62,854 nucleotides of DNA, filler included, from Circinaria calcarea (GCA_051942165.1; 12 parts of 12 records of this genome joined end to end with filler, not necessarily neighbours in it), one strand, 5' to 3'; shown: positions 11,771 to 26,262, counted from the first letter of the whole stretch. Made by a program: numbers and translations. The notes: generated by a model not told the origin, from the letters alone.

Positions 11771-14105
11771 AGGTTTATGGAAGACTTTTTAATTTTAACT
11801 GATCTTTAAAGAAAGATCAGTTATGATTATGAGATTCTTTTTCTCTTATCTAGACTTGAAATTCACCGGTTTTCTTCTTTTAGTTAAAATAAGTTGTAAT
11901 TCTACTATGTAAAGCTGGATTATCTTTTCTTTATTTCGTTGCTATCATTATCTTGGTTATTACTAGATTTTCACCATCAATTATAAGATTTTTTAGATTT
12001 TTAGTAAAGTTCAGTCTAGCTCCAGATGTATCACTATCTTTTCCTAATGAAAAAATGAATCTACAATCTTAGATAAATCTGCATGATCATAACCTAAAAT
12101 AGCTTGTATGTTAAGGGATAATCTAAATTGAATTGGATACAAAATGTGACGTCTTGTAAAGTAAAAAATAAAAAAGTCTAAAGTAAAAGGGGGGGGGGGG
12201 AACCACCACTAACTATTATACCGTTATCCTTAAACATGCTTAATATACTTATATAGCTAATCTCTTCCAATAAATATATAGTGTGTTGACTAGTATAATC
12301 TTTAGATAAAATTTTCTTTTTAATAAATCCCTGGCAAAATCTCTTAGAATAAATTGTAACAATATTTAATTTTGCATCCTCAGATTTACTCTTATAACAA
12401 TCCATTATTGTTATATTGTAATCCTCTACAACTTTTATTCTCTCTCTAAAAAGATAGAAGTAATTCTTCTAAATCTCATTAGAGCTAATATGTAATTTGG
12501 AATTAATGGATTAGTAGGTTGATGCATATAGATACTTGCTATAGAATAGAGCTCATCCTTTAGACCTTGTGTTATTGCTGAGAGTGCAAAATATGTATTA
12601 GTTAATTTTCTATTCATTGTATTTTTCATTTTGTTCTTGTTTATATAATTTTTATTATATTTTGAAAACAGGGATGGTTTTAGAATGTTTATTACCTCTA
12701 AATTTAAACATTTTTTATGTAATAACAATTGTAGATTTAATCTATGTATTGAAGAGAACATTTCTTGTTACTTTGTGATTAATAACCTTTAGTTTAGAAT
12801 CTTTCTTTTAAAGATTGTTGTCAATTCTATTCATCATCTTTTTAAACTTCTTGTATTGTTTTCCCATTATTTTTATCTTTAAAACTTTTAATGGTTTTTC
12901 TACCCCCTGCCATTTTTTCAATGTCTTTTATTGAGTGAGTTTAGGAGTCAAATTTCATATCCTTACGTAAATTATTTTGATCTACTAAAGATAGTATTAA
13001 GCTTTGATTTAAGACGTTTACGTCCAAATTCATATTCATAGAGTTTTTCTAACTCCAAATCTCTATTATCCTTTTCATTGGAATCTCGTTCATGTTGAAT
13101 ACGTGCTTCTAATTCTTTATTAAGTTTTATATTTTCTTTAGCTATATAAGCAAGATGGAAATCATTCTTTACTCTTCATGCTAACTTATCATTTGGATCA
13201 TTTTTAAAACTATAATACTAAACCTAACCATGTTACTTTTAATTACACAAGAGATAATTGGGAAAAATGCTATTATGAGGTAAGGGTGTAGAGTTTAAAA
13301 TTGTATAAACGGTTCGATTTTACTGTGATAAATATGATAATTATTACTAATTCCACTCTAATCTAAAATGGATAGGATTGCTTCTTCAGTCCCCGCAATC
13401 TTTACTAACGGTAATATTTTTAGACCAATATAGGTGATATTCTGGTTTAGAGATAGAGTTAATCTTGAATGTATTACTACTAAAAAGTGTAAGTTTTCTT
13501 TACAACCACCACTTAATTTAGCATTAATAGATTCAGGATAATAAATATTAATCTTCACTTTGCTATTTAATATTGAACTATAATCTCCAGGAAAATTAGA
13601 TAGTGCATTATGTTTAGCATGAGTCAAGCTTAAAGAGATATTTATTGGTAAATATAACATGTGTTTAGAATAAAAATTATTACTTCGTCGAAGACGAAGA
13701 AGTTTCGAAGAATTCGCACTAAAGTTAAGAAACTTCTTAACTTTATAAGAAAAATTAAGAAAAAAGGATTCTGGAATTAAAGATAAAGATCTAAACCGTA
13801 TTAGATCAGTCTATATATAAGACTTTATCTATTATTAATTAATATTAAAAGGCTAAATTAATAGTGGAGAAAAAAAGTAAAGTTCTAAACTCTTCATTAT
13901 TTATTTTTTTTTTTTTTCTAATTTGTTTAAAGAGCTGGATATAGAATGTAGTATATCTACTCTATAAATATAGAGTGATTTATAAAAAAAAATAAATAAA
14001 AGTTATTTGACTCTCTCTCTCTCAAAAATAGATAGATTTAATACTTTTTTATTACTCTGGATGCAAAAGCATCATGTTACAGGTCTAATATTCAATTATC
14101 ATGTT

Positions 14106-15413
14106 AAAAATTTGTTATCATAAAGGCTCTTTATCCTTTATTTCCACCTTTCACAAGGTGGTTCAGACTATTTCTTCATCTTTTTATTAACTATCTAAAT
14201 TAATTGCAAAGCGATAATGAGATTAGTTAATTATGTACTTAGGTACATTACTATTCTTATTAAAAAGGCTGAGGGCTACTATGTGTATACCTAAGAGGTG
14301 TTTATTACCTGCAATCCTAAAGCTATTATGGTTACCACCTGAAAAAAAAAACCACCCAATTCTAACCATTCCTGCAATACAGGATTTATTAAAGAGTCTT
14401 TGCTATCAAGTAAATTATAACGTTTTACGTTATTATCCATGTACATAAGCAAAGCTTTAAAGAAAGCATCATAACAGCCCGAATGAAAACTTAAAAAAAA
14501 AAATTACCTTAATTAATTTAAACTAGCTAATCATGGAGAAACATGATTAACAAGAAGGTTTCCACTAATACTAAAAACAGTACCCGCTACGACTCTACAA
14601 GTATTACCAGCATCTACATCTGCTGGACAAATTTTAAAGAATGTAAATGCTGAACCTGACATAACAGTAAGTTCTGTTGTTACAGCAGTAACTGGGACAG
14701 TGGCTGGAGTTTGCGCGCATACTAGTTCCACAGTTGTTTGCGGAACTTGTGTTACTGTTACAGTCGAAACTGGTGGGTGACGTAAATTAATCATGCTACT
14801 TATCGCCGCATGATCTAAGCCCTGTTTATTAATACAAGATGCAGCTGCATCTATACTGTTAGAAGCAGACATTACGGTGTCTGCGGGTAGGGCATTACCA
14901 TGTTTAGCACATTGAAATACAGCTACCGCGACAGTAATTTTTAAAGTTTTATTCCAAGTTCACATATAATTTTATCTTTTTTTTTATGGACTCTAGCCTT
15001 TAGATTAAATTAGATAACATTTTGTCCTTAGCTAAACTTTTAATTTATTAGTTTAGTCTCTTTCACTAATATTGATTTAACAATATTAATTATTCTACAG
15101 ATATATCTTAATCTTTAAGATATATCCAATATATTTAGATAGTTAGATTAGAAAGATGTTGGGCATTAGTAAAAGGTTATTGTTAGCAATACTCACCTTC
15201 TAGTTGTTGAACGTTCTTACTTAAATTGTCAAACTTTTTAGAAGTTTTAATTAAATAAATTACAATGATGCTTAAGCAAGCTTCGCTTCAAATATACTTA
15301 TTCTCTTAGAAGAAAATAAGTATATTTGAAATTAACCCAAATATTTACCAATAGTTTATCTTCTTCTTCTTTATAATAATGAAGACAAATAAACTATGGA
15401 GGACTAACATTTA
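14106..15413 (-). ncRNA. Orphan group IA intron of the rnl mL2449 (omega/rps3-hosting) type
   Basis: Preceded by the rnl exon signature GCTACGCTAGGGAT (15427-15414); P1 pairing GGGAU/GUCCU with a U.G at the splice site; R element CGTTCAAC[A]ACTA (15213-15201); S element GAAGAAATAGTCTGAAC (about 14177-14161); P9 hairpin CCACCTT-GTGA-AAGGTGG; a degenerate 3' exon AACATGATAATT. Confidence 0.8.
14223..14965 (-). pseudogene. Intron-nested ORF (about 245 codons, code 4) resembling a secreted prepro-protein; not rps3 and not a homing endonuclease
   Basis: MWTWNKTLKITVAVAVFQCAKHGNALP..., a Thr/Val-rich segment, FKICPADVDAGNTCRVVAGTVFSISG, and KR at 14425-14420. In-frame TAA at 14515 and 14506 and a probable poly-T frameshift near 14345. 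Confidence 0.55.
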
Positions 15414-15762
15414 ATCCCTAGCGTAGCCAAGAGTAAACTTGGTAGTATATATTTCCTTATATTCTATAGTAAGGGCTATTAAAGAGTCTAAACATGCAGT
15501 ATCAATAAGTAGTGGAAATAATAGATGTCACTTAATTAGTAAATTAAACATAAGACTTATTTGCTACATGCTTGCTATATTTAATTTTGATTACCATCGC
15601 CTTAACTTTTTAAATGGATTTGTAGTGTATAGAAATATTATCTCTAAACAGACCCCACCCNNNNNNNNNNNNNNNNNNNNNNNNNNNNNNNNNNNNNNNN
15701 NNNNTTAATTAATTAANNNNNNNNNNNNNNNNNNNNNNNNNNNNNNNNNNNNNNNNNNNNTT

Positions 15763-17333
<1,571 letters not shown>

Positions 17334-18401
17334 GGAACATGGCTATAATCCCAACATTTCTCGAAGTCTGGTTACCATGTTGGGCTTTAGTCTTATTGAC
17401 TCGGGTTTTCTATCCTCGACTTCTCTGTCTTTTGAATCTGATGAAAGAAACAAGGAGGTGACGAGAGCCATAGCACAGATTTGCTTCTTTCTACAATGAC
17501 AACAACAAGGTCTATCATTAACACTTGTTCACTCCTTGATCATTCCATTCCTCACTCCCAAATATCTAGAGCACCTACCTCACGTAGCCACCTACCCACC
17601 TCCTTTCCTCTCACTCTCCCCAACCCTGGGCCCTCATGCTCACTTTCAATCTTCCTCCCTCCTCTTCCCCTTTATCCTCTTAAAACATCTTACGGAAAAG
17701 CTACCTATCTAACCAACGAGCAGTCCTCCCCCTTCCCTATGCGCTTTCCACTTCCTATTCCCTGGGACCCTATTTCTCCCCAACCCTTCTCGCAACCCTC
17801 CTCCCCACTCGCCCTCCGGAACTCCCTCCATCCGCAGCCAGGGGAATAATTAGGGTCATGGATTTTCAATATCATCCATCATCCCTTTTTTTTCTTTTCA
17901 CACATAAGAACTCCCCTTTTCTTTTGGGGGCAGGGAGAAGGAAGAGAAATCGAGATAGTGTAAGCCGCGTCTTTCCTATTAGGAGCTGTGAGGAATGGTC
18001 AAAAGGCTTTTAGCGGAAGCGGAGGTTTTTAGGTTTGAAGTGGAACGTGTTGGGCTGTGGCTGCGTTATCTATCGGTGGAGAAGGAGGGGGAAGTCATGC
18101 TGGGGAACTCCCTTTTTCCCCACTGCCGGAGTGCGGCATTGGAGTATCCACCGCGAAGCGGTGAGAAGGTGAGTTCTTTTTTGCTATCCACGCGAGCTCA
18201 GTGCGGAGCGGAGTGGAGTGGAGGGGGTTTAACGAATTCGTCTTTTTTTTGGGTCTTGGAGACTATGCTCCTGGTTGTTGTTTCTGCCCTGTGAGATATG
18301 GTGTAGGATTGGGCAGGGACTTGGACAGGAGGTGATGGGACAGGGTAATGGGGGAATTACTGGGGAGCGATCGCGGGATGTGGGAGAGTGCATGTTGTGA
18401 G

Positions 18402-18653
18402 TCAGGGTCGAGGAAGTGTGCAAGGTGCTTTGGGTTGCCGCTTTTCCTTTGGTTTAAGCAGAACCCGGGGGAGGGGGGTAGAGATGGTTGTCCTGTGGTG
18501 GATTGGGAATGAGAGGTGGAGTTGGCGGCAAAGTTTCCGTTGGAGTACTAATAGAGAATAGGATGGTGTTAGGCAGTAAGGCGTAGCGCAATGAGGGTGT
18601 GACAATGTAGTGTGCTTGCAAATAAATGTAGTTATCGTTTCGTATCTTACCAT
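18402..18653 (-). CDS. Small hypothetical Cys/His-containing protein (possibly only the first part of a gene)
   Basis: MVRYETITTFICKH...HCATPYC...LCRQ; weak putative metal-binding pattern only. Confidence 0.25.
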   Translation of the reverse strand: MVRYETITTFICKHTTLSHPHCATPYCLTPSYSLLVLQRKLCRQLHLSFPIHHRTTISTPLPRVLLKPKEKRQPKAPCTLPRP

Positions 18654-19025
18654 CTTTCAGCTCTCTGGTCTCGAGAGCCTCAATAGGGGGGAAAGACGTT
18701 TAGCCATTGTTCGGTCCCACGGATTCGCTATCCATTACCCCTATCAGCTTGAAGACACTGTAAAATAGAACTCATCTTCCAAAAAGTATACAGTGCTATT
18801 TCCACAATGACAGTTCATTATTAATGTCTTGCGCCCTCTAAATGAGTAGACTGTTATTTTCTTACCATATCTACTCCTACTTTCTTTGGCGCGCGGTGCT
18901 ACACCTTTCATACATACTCTAGGCGGTGCTATCAGCTTCCTTTAACATCCGTTGAAATCACAAACTGATTTAGATAATTTGCTCTCTGTCGTCTATGCTC
19001 CGCTTTACTCTATTCGGGGAGTGGG

Positions 19026-20283
19026 TTGTTGTTGACATATGTAATCCTTCTCCTATTCCTGTTCTCATTAATCAGATCACATAAACTCATGATAACCATA
19101 GGGCTAGTTATCCAGATCTACGCATTCTTGCTAGTCATCCTGATCTTCTGTCTTCACCTCGAAGTCGGAAATAGGGTCCTGCACTGTGTCGGCCAGGGTT
19201 TGAGTGCCACTACTGAGGTACAGCGCAGGATAACAGATGGTGCACAGTCCGAAACGAATCAACGTCCTACCTCCAGACCTGGGAGCGTGAGGTTGCCTAC
19301 ATCCCAGAGCAATTCAGCCAGCCCAAAAGAATGTCCACACTGGGATATTTCAATCTTGATGAGCGAAAAAAAGACCGTTTCGATGAAGGAGCTAGTCTTA
19401 TAGGCAAGGACTACTACTATCATGACCTCCCTTCCTTCCTTGATCGTTGAGGCAATTTCCCAAAATCAACGGAGAAGTGATTTGCCTATCGTCAGCTAAG
19501 TATAAGCCTCCATAAGTCAGCGCAGGTTTGGTACAATGAGCTAGATTTTCCTCAATTGTTCCATCTTTCTCAAGGCATTTCGAATTGGATAGACAGCCTT
19601 GCAGAGCGGTTCAAACTGTCATGTAAGTAGCAGAGGCTTGTTTCTGTGAGAGATTCTAAACCATCGAAAACATCCAACGTCGGCGCTCAGTGGCCAAATA
19701 CATTGGTTTCATAAGCCGCGACGGAAATGCGGCGCATATAGGGAAGTTTATGCAGGTACAGTGGGCTTATGCTAGTCTTACACGGGCCTCTCGGAGAGAT
19801 GTTCCAAAACCAGACCAGCGCACTACGCTTGAAAAACTGCTGCGTCAGTTGAAACAGCTGGGACCAGTCTGGCAGAAGCAATATCTTACTGGGGCAGTCA
19901 GTGAAACAATCGTCCTACCGGGCCAAACAGCAGCTCCGTCGTCTTCGGACGGACTGAACTTGGAGTCTCTGCCAGCGGAAAAGCCCAATGCGATTGATGA
20001 TATAGTTCGGCCGATTGCTTTTGAAGCTGTAAACTAGCGCCAAGATGTGGACCTTCCAGATTTCTTAGACAAGACAGTGCGTGTCTTAATACTGCAGTAC
20101 AATGTCAAAGAAGTCCGGAGAGCAGTAAGGGCAGCCATAGAACGTCAGGTCACCCGTCTCATGGGCGAAGAGGAACTAGATGGAATCTCTACCTACCCTT
20201 CCCGTAACGAATTCTTCGACCAAGATGAGCAAGCATCTCAATCAACTTACATGATCACTCCTGGCACCTCTATCACCTCCTAA
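19026..20283 (+). CDS. Hypothetical spliced gene with in-frame UAG codon(s); start uncertain
   Basis: Introns 19477-19520 and 19623-19690 join the ORF pieces in one frame (QVWYNELDFPQLFHLSQGISNWIDSLAERFKLSLAKYIGF...). In-frame TAG at 19401-19403 and 20035-20037; the frame stays open to TAA at 20283. Confidence 0.5.
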
Positions 20284-21597
20284 ACCATTGAAAACCCGGA
20301 CATGAGACTAGAATCATGATCATATCCAGAGGAAAGTAAGAGACCTGCACGATGCTAGGAGATGCTACGACGAGTTTCCAGTTTGCGAAGAATCCAACGA
20401 TTGTAGGAGAGGAGCCTCGATTTCAGTCTCAGAGTGACTAATACAGGTCCTTAGGGTTGGTGTAAGTGTTGGTTGACCCTCCCGAGGGAAACAGCGTACG
20501 GGATTTCATATATGCCTCTCGAATAGTACGACTTATGGGCTCGTCATAAATTGATCTCGAGGTATCAAAAAAAAATGGAATTGCTCATCTGGAAAGAACG
20601 CAATCAAGGTTCAACTTTTCACGGTAGTCCCCGTCTTCGATACTAGAACCGGTCCTCTATTTGCCTGCCCCTGCCACCCTTCGCTGCTGGTTGTGCTCTC
20701 TTCCGAAATGACAACCTACCTTTCATTTAGGTGGCTCCCGTACAGATATATTTGTGTCTATACGCCGAACATAGAGCCAGTCTGATAAGGATTTGAATGA
20801 AGGTCTCAAGAGCACCGATCGTGGATTTTATTCCCCTATGCGCTATCATTTTAGAGTTAAAAGTCTACTTATCCTTCTCCTTGGCTTCCTCAACAAACGT
20901 CCTTTCCAGACTNNNNNNNNNNNNNNNNNNNNNNNNNNNNNNNNNNNNNNNNNNNNTTAATTAATTAANNNNNNNNNNNNNNNNNNNNNNNNNNNNNNNN
21001 NNNNNNNNNNNNCCCAACCACTATCCCCGACACCACAGCCCACAGACCCATCCACCCATCCCCTATCAGAAAAATATACAATTAGCACGCGTCCTCAGCC
21101 GTTCCGTTCCGTTCCATTCCGTTCCGAGTTATGAAGGTAAATAGCAAATAAATGCGGGTCAAGTCACCTTTGGAGGACAAGGACAATGAGGGTATATATG
21201 CCTGCCTGCCAGCCTGCCTAGGTACCTAGGTACCTAACAGAGGGAAGAAAAGCCTAAAATCGCACCTTACTTCACCTCATCTTACCTGAAGGTACAGTAT
21301 AGAGGGCAGGGACCCGTTTTCGCCAAGGTATGCAAGCTGGCCGGGTTTAAGGGTTGACGAGAGATAGGATAGGACAGGACAGGATAGTGAGGGACTGAAA
21401 GGAAGGAATGACGAATATATCAGTTGCTAGATCGACTTTATTTGCCACGTATTCCCTACGCCGAGGACAAATTCGAATAAAGATGCCCCATCCAATTGGA
21501 ACGACTTGTATTTGTTCTAGATCTCTAGCCCACTCTCTAAGCCTTCCCTTTTCTCCACATACACAAAAATCAATAAGGAAAGGTCCCCGGTATATCA

Positions 21598-23792
21598 TCA
21601 CCTCCCATCCCCATCCCCACCAATCCTCCAAGCCCTCAACGGTAACGCCTGCAACTTCCTCGCCGCCGGCCGGATGTACACGAAAAATGTCACCAGTCCC
21701 AGCAGCACACATACCACATTAGTGGTATAGTACCCATCGCGGTCGATGACGCAAGTTCCGCCTCCTTCGATGCAGCGGTGTTTTTCGGCTTCGAGGACGC
21801 AGGAAAAGGGTGCGGTGATGGAGGTAGTCTGGGAGTCTTTGGGGGGAGAAGAGGGAGGGTGGCAGGTTGCGACGGTAAAGAAGTCGACGAGTTTGAGGAT
21901 GAAGAAGCGGGGGAAGGTGCCGCCGAGATTGGAAACGCTGGGGATTTTGGGTTAGTGTGATGTTGCGGAGAGCTGTAAGAGGAGCAAAGGAAAAGGGGGT
22001 GGAGGTTTGGCAGACAAAGGGGGAGATAACTTACGTGGCTAATAGAGTCATATAGGTTCCTCCAATAACGGGGTCCGAAATCTTGGCGTGAAACGCACTT
22101 ATGGCTACAAACATTACTGTACTTGTAAAAGTACTGAAAATATGCGAGGCGATAACAGTAAGCAGATACCAAGTCTGTACGCCGTCCTTTGGGAATATCA
22201 TCACCGTTGCTTGAGCTAGAACGGCTGCCACCAGGCGAGCAATGAATGCCCAGCACCAGACGTGGATCGGCGGATTGGTGGTTGACCAGCGACCTGCGTA
22301 ATAACCAAGGGAGATCTCAAAGGGAAAGTCAATGAGTACAGTAAGCGCAAGGTCTTCTTGGCTGAATCCCTTGTCTAGAAGCTTTAGATTCGTAACAGCG
22401 TCATTTGCTTGGAAGCCAATCTTCGCGATGAGATGGATTATGATGATACTTTGGATGTTCCGTAGTTTTAGGACCCCAAGCATGCTCTTGTACACATCGA
22501 TAATCCCATCTTTATCTTTGGTCTTTTCTTCGCGTTTCAAAAGAGCGAGACCAAGGGTAACAAGGAGGTAGGCCCATCCCCAAAAGGTAAGGTAACCGCC
22601 TAGTGTCATGACCCCCAAGTCGGAGGGGGTGGTGCGGAAATAGCGATTGGCAAAGTCGGGGGAATTGAAGGCTAGGAAGACGGTAAAGGAGAGGAAATTG
22701 CCGGCTGTAAGACCGACAGTTTGGGCGGTTGATGCATAGGAAAGATTGGGTGGTGAGAGAAGAGTAAGTGCCCAGCCTAAGTAGCCTCTCAGTTAAAGGC
22801 AATGTGTACTTGCGCGGGCAATACAACATACCATCGACAGCGATATCTTGCGTCGCACACAAAAAGACAAGAAAGAACCACCACCAAGTAAAAGTCCAGA
22901 CCCCAGATCCATCTGCCGCGCCGGCCGCCACCATCATTTTCTCAGCCCGACTTCCCATATAAAGCATCCCCAAACCCGAAAACACTTGGATAGGTAAAAT
23001 CCAGCTCTTCCTCCTTCCTAATCTAGGACTCCACACTGCATCAACAATCGGACTCCATAGGAGCTTCAGCGAGTAAGGATACGATGCCAAGGTGAAGATC
23101 CCTATCTGTCCGTAGGAGAGATGTGATTTTAGAAGAAAGGGGACGGAGCCCCCTGCCAAGCCCATTGGCACCCCCTGAAGGAAGTAGAGTAGTACCAGCA
23201 ACATAAAGTTCCTCCGGTCTTGCCTCGGCAGCTCAAAGAAACTTGTGTTTGAGGTTGGGGTCCGTGGCGTTATCGGGGGTTCATCGTCCAAGCTGAAGCT
23301 CTCCCGGCTCATCAAGTTTGCTGTCTGGGCGGGAGAATCCATCACAGCATTCTTCCGCCGCATCTCGATGTCCTTATTCATCTTGCCGTTCGCATGCCCG
23401 TTTTGACTCCCCGAGCCTGCCGAGCTTCCCTGATCCGTGTCCTTGGCATAGGAATCTTGCGATCTTCGTCCCATCTGCGTGTCGTCGATGTCGTAGGAAT
23501 CGGAAGCAGGAGAGGACGGTATGAGATGCTGGCTCTCAAGGGATCCTTCAGTTATGACCAGGTTGTCTGGCCTTCTCTTTGATTGTTTTTGCTTTTTCTG
23601 GACGCTTAACCCTTCTTCTACAATACTTCCACTCGGGGCAATATCTTGTAGTTCCAAGTCGCGGTGGTCGTGTTTGGCGTGTTCTGAGAGCGTGGAACTG
23701 GACGAGTGATGGAACGGTAGGAGAGGAATCTCTTGTGATGTTCGCGGTGGGATGTTGTTATCAAGGAATGAATTGCCAAGTGGGGTAGGCAT
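21598..23792 (-). CDS. Acetyl-CoA transporter (AT-1/SLC33A1, MFS)
   Basis: LLYFLQGVPMGLAGGS, YPYSLKLLWSPIVDA, GRRKSWILP, ATQDIAVDG, ISDPVIGGTYMTLLAT, DGYYTTN and LQALPLRAW motifs; two introns; start codon uncertain. Confidence 0.95.
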
Positions 23793-24251
23793 CCATGTGG
23801 TTCATAGGGTAAGTCTCGGGCTTTTGAGGACTCGCTGGCCTTTTGGCGGATAGAATCCTTAGTCAGGTACCAATCAGGCGTCACATGCAGGGGTTACCAT
23901 AAGGAGAACAAAACAATGCAGGAAATGGGAAGTAGAGAAAACAACACTATACAGTACATGAATGCGATCTGAAGGATTATAGCTACAAAGTAATATCTAA
24001 GAGGGATGATTTATGCCACTGTACTGCTGCGTCGCGCTGATGCTGGTCCTTGACTACGCCAATGTCTGCAGCAACAGATAACGAAAGCATGTGATCCCAT
24101 ATCTTAGCGGTGCGCGGGATATTGACCTATTCTACTCCGCAGATCAACAACAAACCTCAATACGGAGTACTCAGTGCCAGAATCTCCAATCCTAAGCTTA
24201 TGCTACAATAGTTCCAGCCTGTCTCAGCAGAAGTGAAGGACAAATCTCGCC

Positions 24252-25217
24252 ATGGACACCATTTCCTCTGTGAACCCCGAAACCCAACCCACCACTACTC
24301 AACTCGACGCCAACATCGCACATATCCGGTCGCAAAGTACGTTGCTCAATTCCTCGCTCTATCCCAGCAATTCATCAGCCGCTATACTGACTCCTGTACC
24401 AGTTCACCAGCTTTCCAGACGCCGTTCCGTCTTAACCGCCGCCCTCCTCTCTCGCCCAAGCACCCTAAACTTCCTCAATCGCGCTAACTCCGCTGATGTC
24501 CCATCTCCGCACACCACCGCCCTTTCCAAACTTATCCAATCGCAAAGGCAGCAGAATGAGCAAAACACCTACCGTCTCGCCACTGGTGCTACCCTCTTCG
24601 AATCCCACGATCCAGATCCTCACGCTCCAGATAGCGGCCGTGCTATAGGCGTTCGCATCGAGGTCTTTGATAGGTCATCCAGAACTTTTGGGAAACCGCA
24701 CTACCTCCTTCTAAATCGCCCTTATCCGTCTTCATCGGCGTTGAGGGTCCACCGACATACAATTCCCCCTTGCATACCACTCCCCGCGCTGGCTGCGAGA
24801 TACTTGCCCTCGCCACCATCTACCTCCTCGGTCGGTGACGAAGATGCTGACGTGGAGGTGCTAAAAACTCGAAAAGCGCGGAAGCAAGATCTCCCTCGTT
24901 TAGTACGCGAACTAAGGAGAGAGATAATAAGCTACCAGCGAAGGCAAGAAATTGTTCGGAAATTACGGGAAGAATTTACCGTCGGCGCTACGGAAAGAAG
25001 CGAACTCAAAGATGTCAAAGCTACAGATGCGGAGGTAACAGACATACGGATCGATTGGAGAGACGGAAAGGTAGGTCGTATCAGGATGAGTAAGACCGGG
25101 CAGGTGGAAAAAGTGCTCGTGATAGGGGAGGATGGGCAGAGAGACAGGGCCACTGAGAGGAAAATCGAGGTAGGCGGGAGGATAGAGGATGTGGGTGCGT
25201 GGTTGAGCGCTTCATGA
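24252..25217 (+). CDS. MCM21: Kinetochore protein CENP-O/Mcm21
   Basis: YRLATGATLF..DPDP...GVRIEV...PHYLLL..LRVHRHTIPPCIPL...QDLPRLVRELRR; a likely 66-nt in-frame intron at 24336-24401. Confidence 0.88.
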   Translation: MDTISSVNPETQPTTTQLDANIAHIRSQSTLLNSSLYPSNSSAAILTPVPVHQLSRRRSVLTAALLSRPSTLNFLNRANSADVPSPHTTALSKLIQSQRQQNEQNTYRLATGATLFESHDPDPHAPDSGRAIGVRIEVFDRSSRTFGKPHYLLLNRPYPSSSALRVHRHTIPPCIPLPALAARYLPSPPSTSSVGDEDADVEVLKTRKARKQDLPRLVRELRREIISYQRRQEIVRKLREEFTVGATERSELKDVKATDAEVTDIRIDWRDGKVGRIRMSKTGQVEKVLVIGEDGQRDRATERKIEVGGRIEDVGAWLSAS

Positions 25218-26262
25218 CCCGGGACCCGCCATAGCTTCGAACATACAATTTTCCCAAGAGATAAATCTATCCACGCTTTCCGATACGCAAAGGTAAACTC
25301 TGCTATACAAAGTACTCTCTTTCCCTTCCCTTCCCTTTTTTCCATACACATGTACGGTCACACCATCCTCCCCCAACCCCCGACAGCGACAACTAAAAAA
25401 ATAAAAAAAAAAGCCCCGCGGATACGGAGTAGCTATATTTAAGATTTTCTCAAAACCCCCCAAACCCTTGAAAACATCGCCGTGTTTCTCATCTTTACAG
25501 TATGTATAGGTTTACCTTCCCTCCTCCCGGGCTTGAGAGCAGAGTAGAGCAGAGCAGAGCTGCTGTACACTTGTTCAGAAAATTGGGGGAACGGGGGGGT
25601 GGGGGGTTTCTTTCCCTTATCTATCTTCTTGCTTACTTGTTAAGGTACTCGCTGACGTACGAAACGAAAGGAAACGAAACGTCCGAAACGAAATGGAGAA
25701 CTCCAACTGCCCCCGAGTATTGAAAAAACTCACCTACGCGGCGGTTTGATTGAAATTTACTATTCTGAATGGTTTCTAAATCGTGGTTCGTTAAACACTC
25801 AACCGGACGGGAGGAGCGCGTCTTATTTCAAGAGATAGGGTTATTATTGTCTTGTCTTTGATGTAAGATTACAAAGTTGTCGTTTACTCCGTAAACGGTG
25901 AGACGCTCAATCTTATGGTCCATGACATGAATTATCGACCATGTACGTGTCGTGCATCCTTGGCTGGAAATCTATAAAAAAAAAAAAAACGTTTGTTTTG
26001 CTCGGGACAAGTAATAATTGCAGGGTTTTCGTGGGTTGGGATTTGGATTGGAATCATTATCAAACCAAAAATCAAGTCATTCCCCAATACTGGCTGGCCC
26101 CTTTACTCCTCCTCACAAATACCGATTCTTCAACGCCTTCCCCACCCCCACTAGACTCCTCCNNNNNNNNNNNNNNNNNNNNNNNNNNNNNNNNNNNNNN
26201 NNNNNNTTAATTAATTAANNNNNNNNNNNNNNNNNNNNNNNNNNNNNNNNNNNNNNNNNNNN

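Noticed and set aside
11720..11800. Intron-split mitochondrial tRNA
   Set aside because: No matching 5' half was found on the contig; simple truncation is more economical.
11796..15330. Short AT-rich palindromes (e.g. taactgatcttt-aaag-aaagatcagtta) as a novel repeat system
   Set aside because: They share no common sequence and are ordinary for fungal mtDNA spacers and intron loops.
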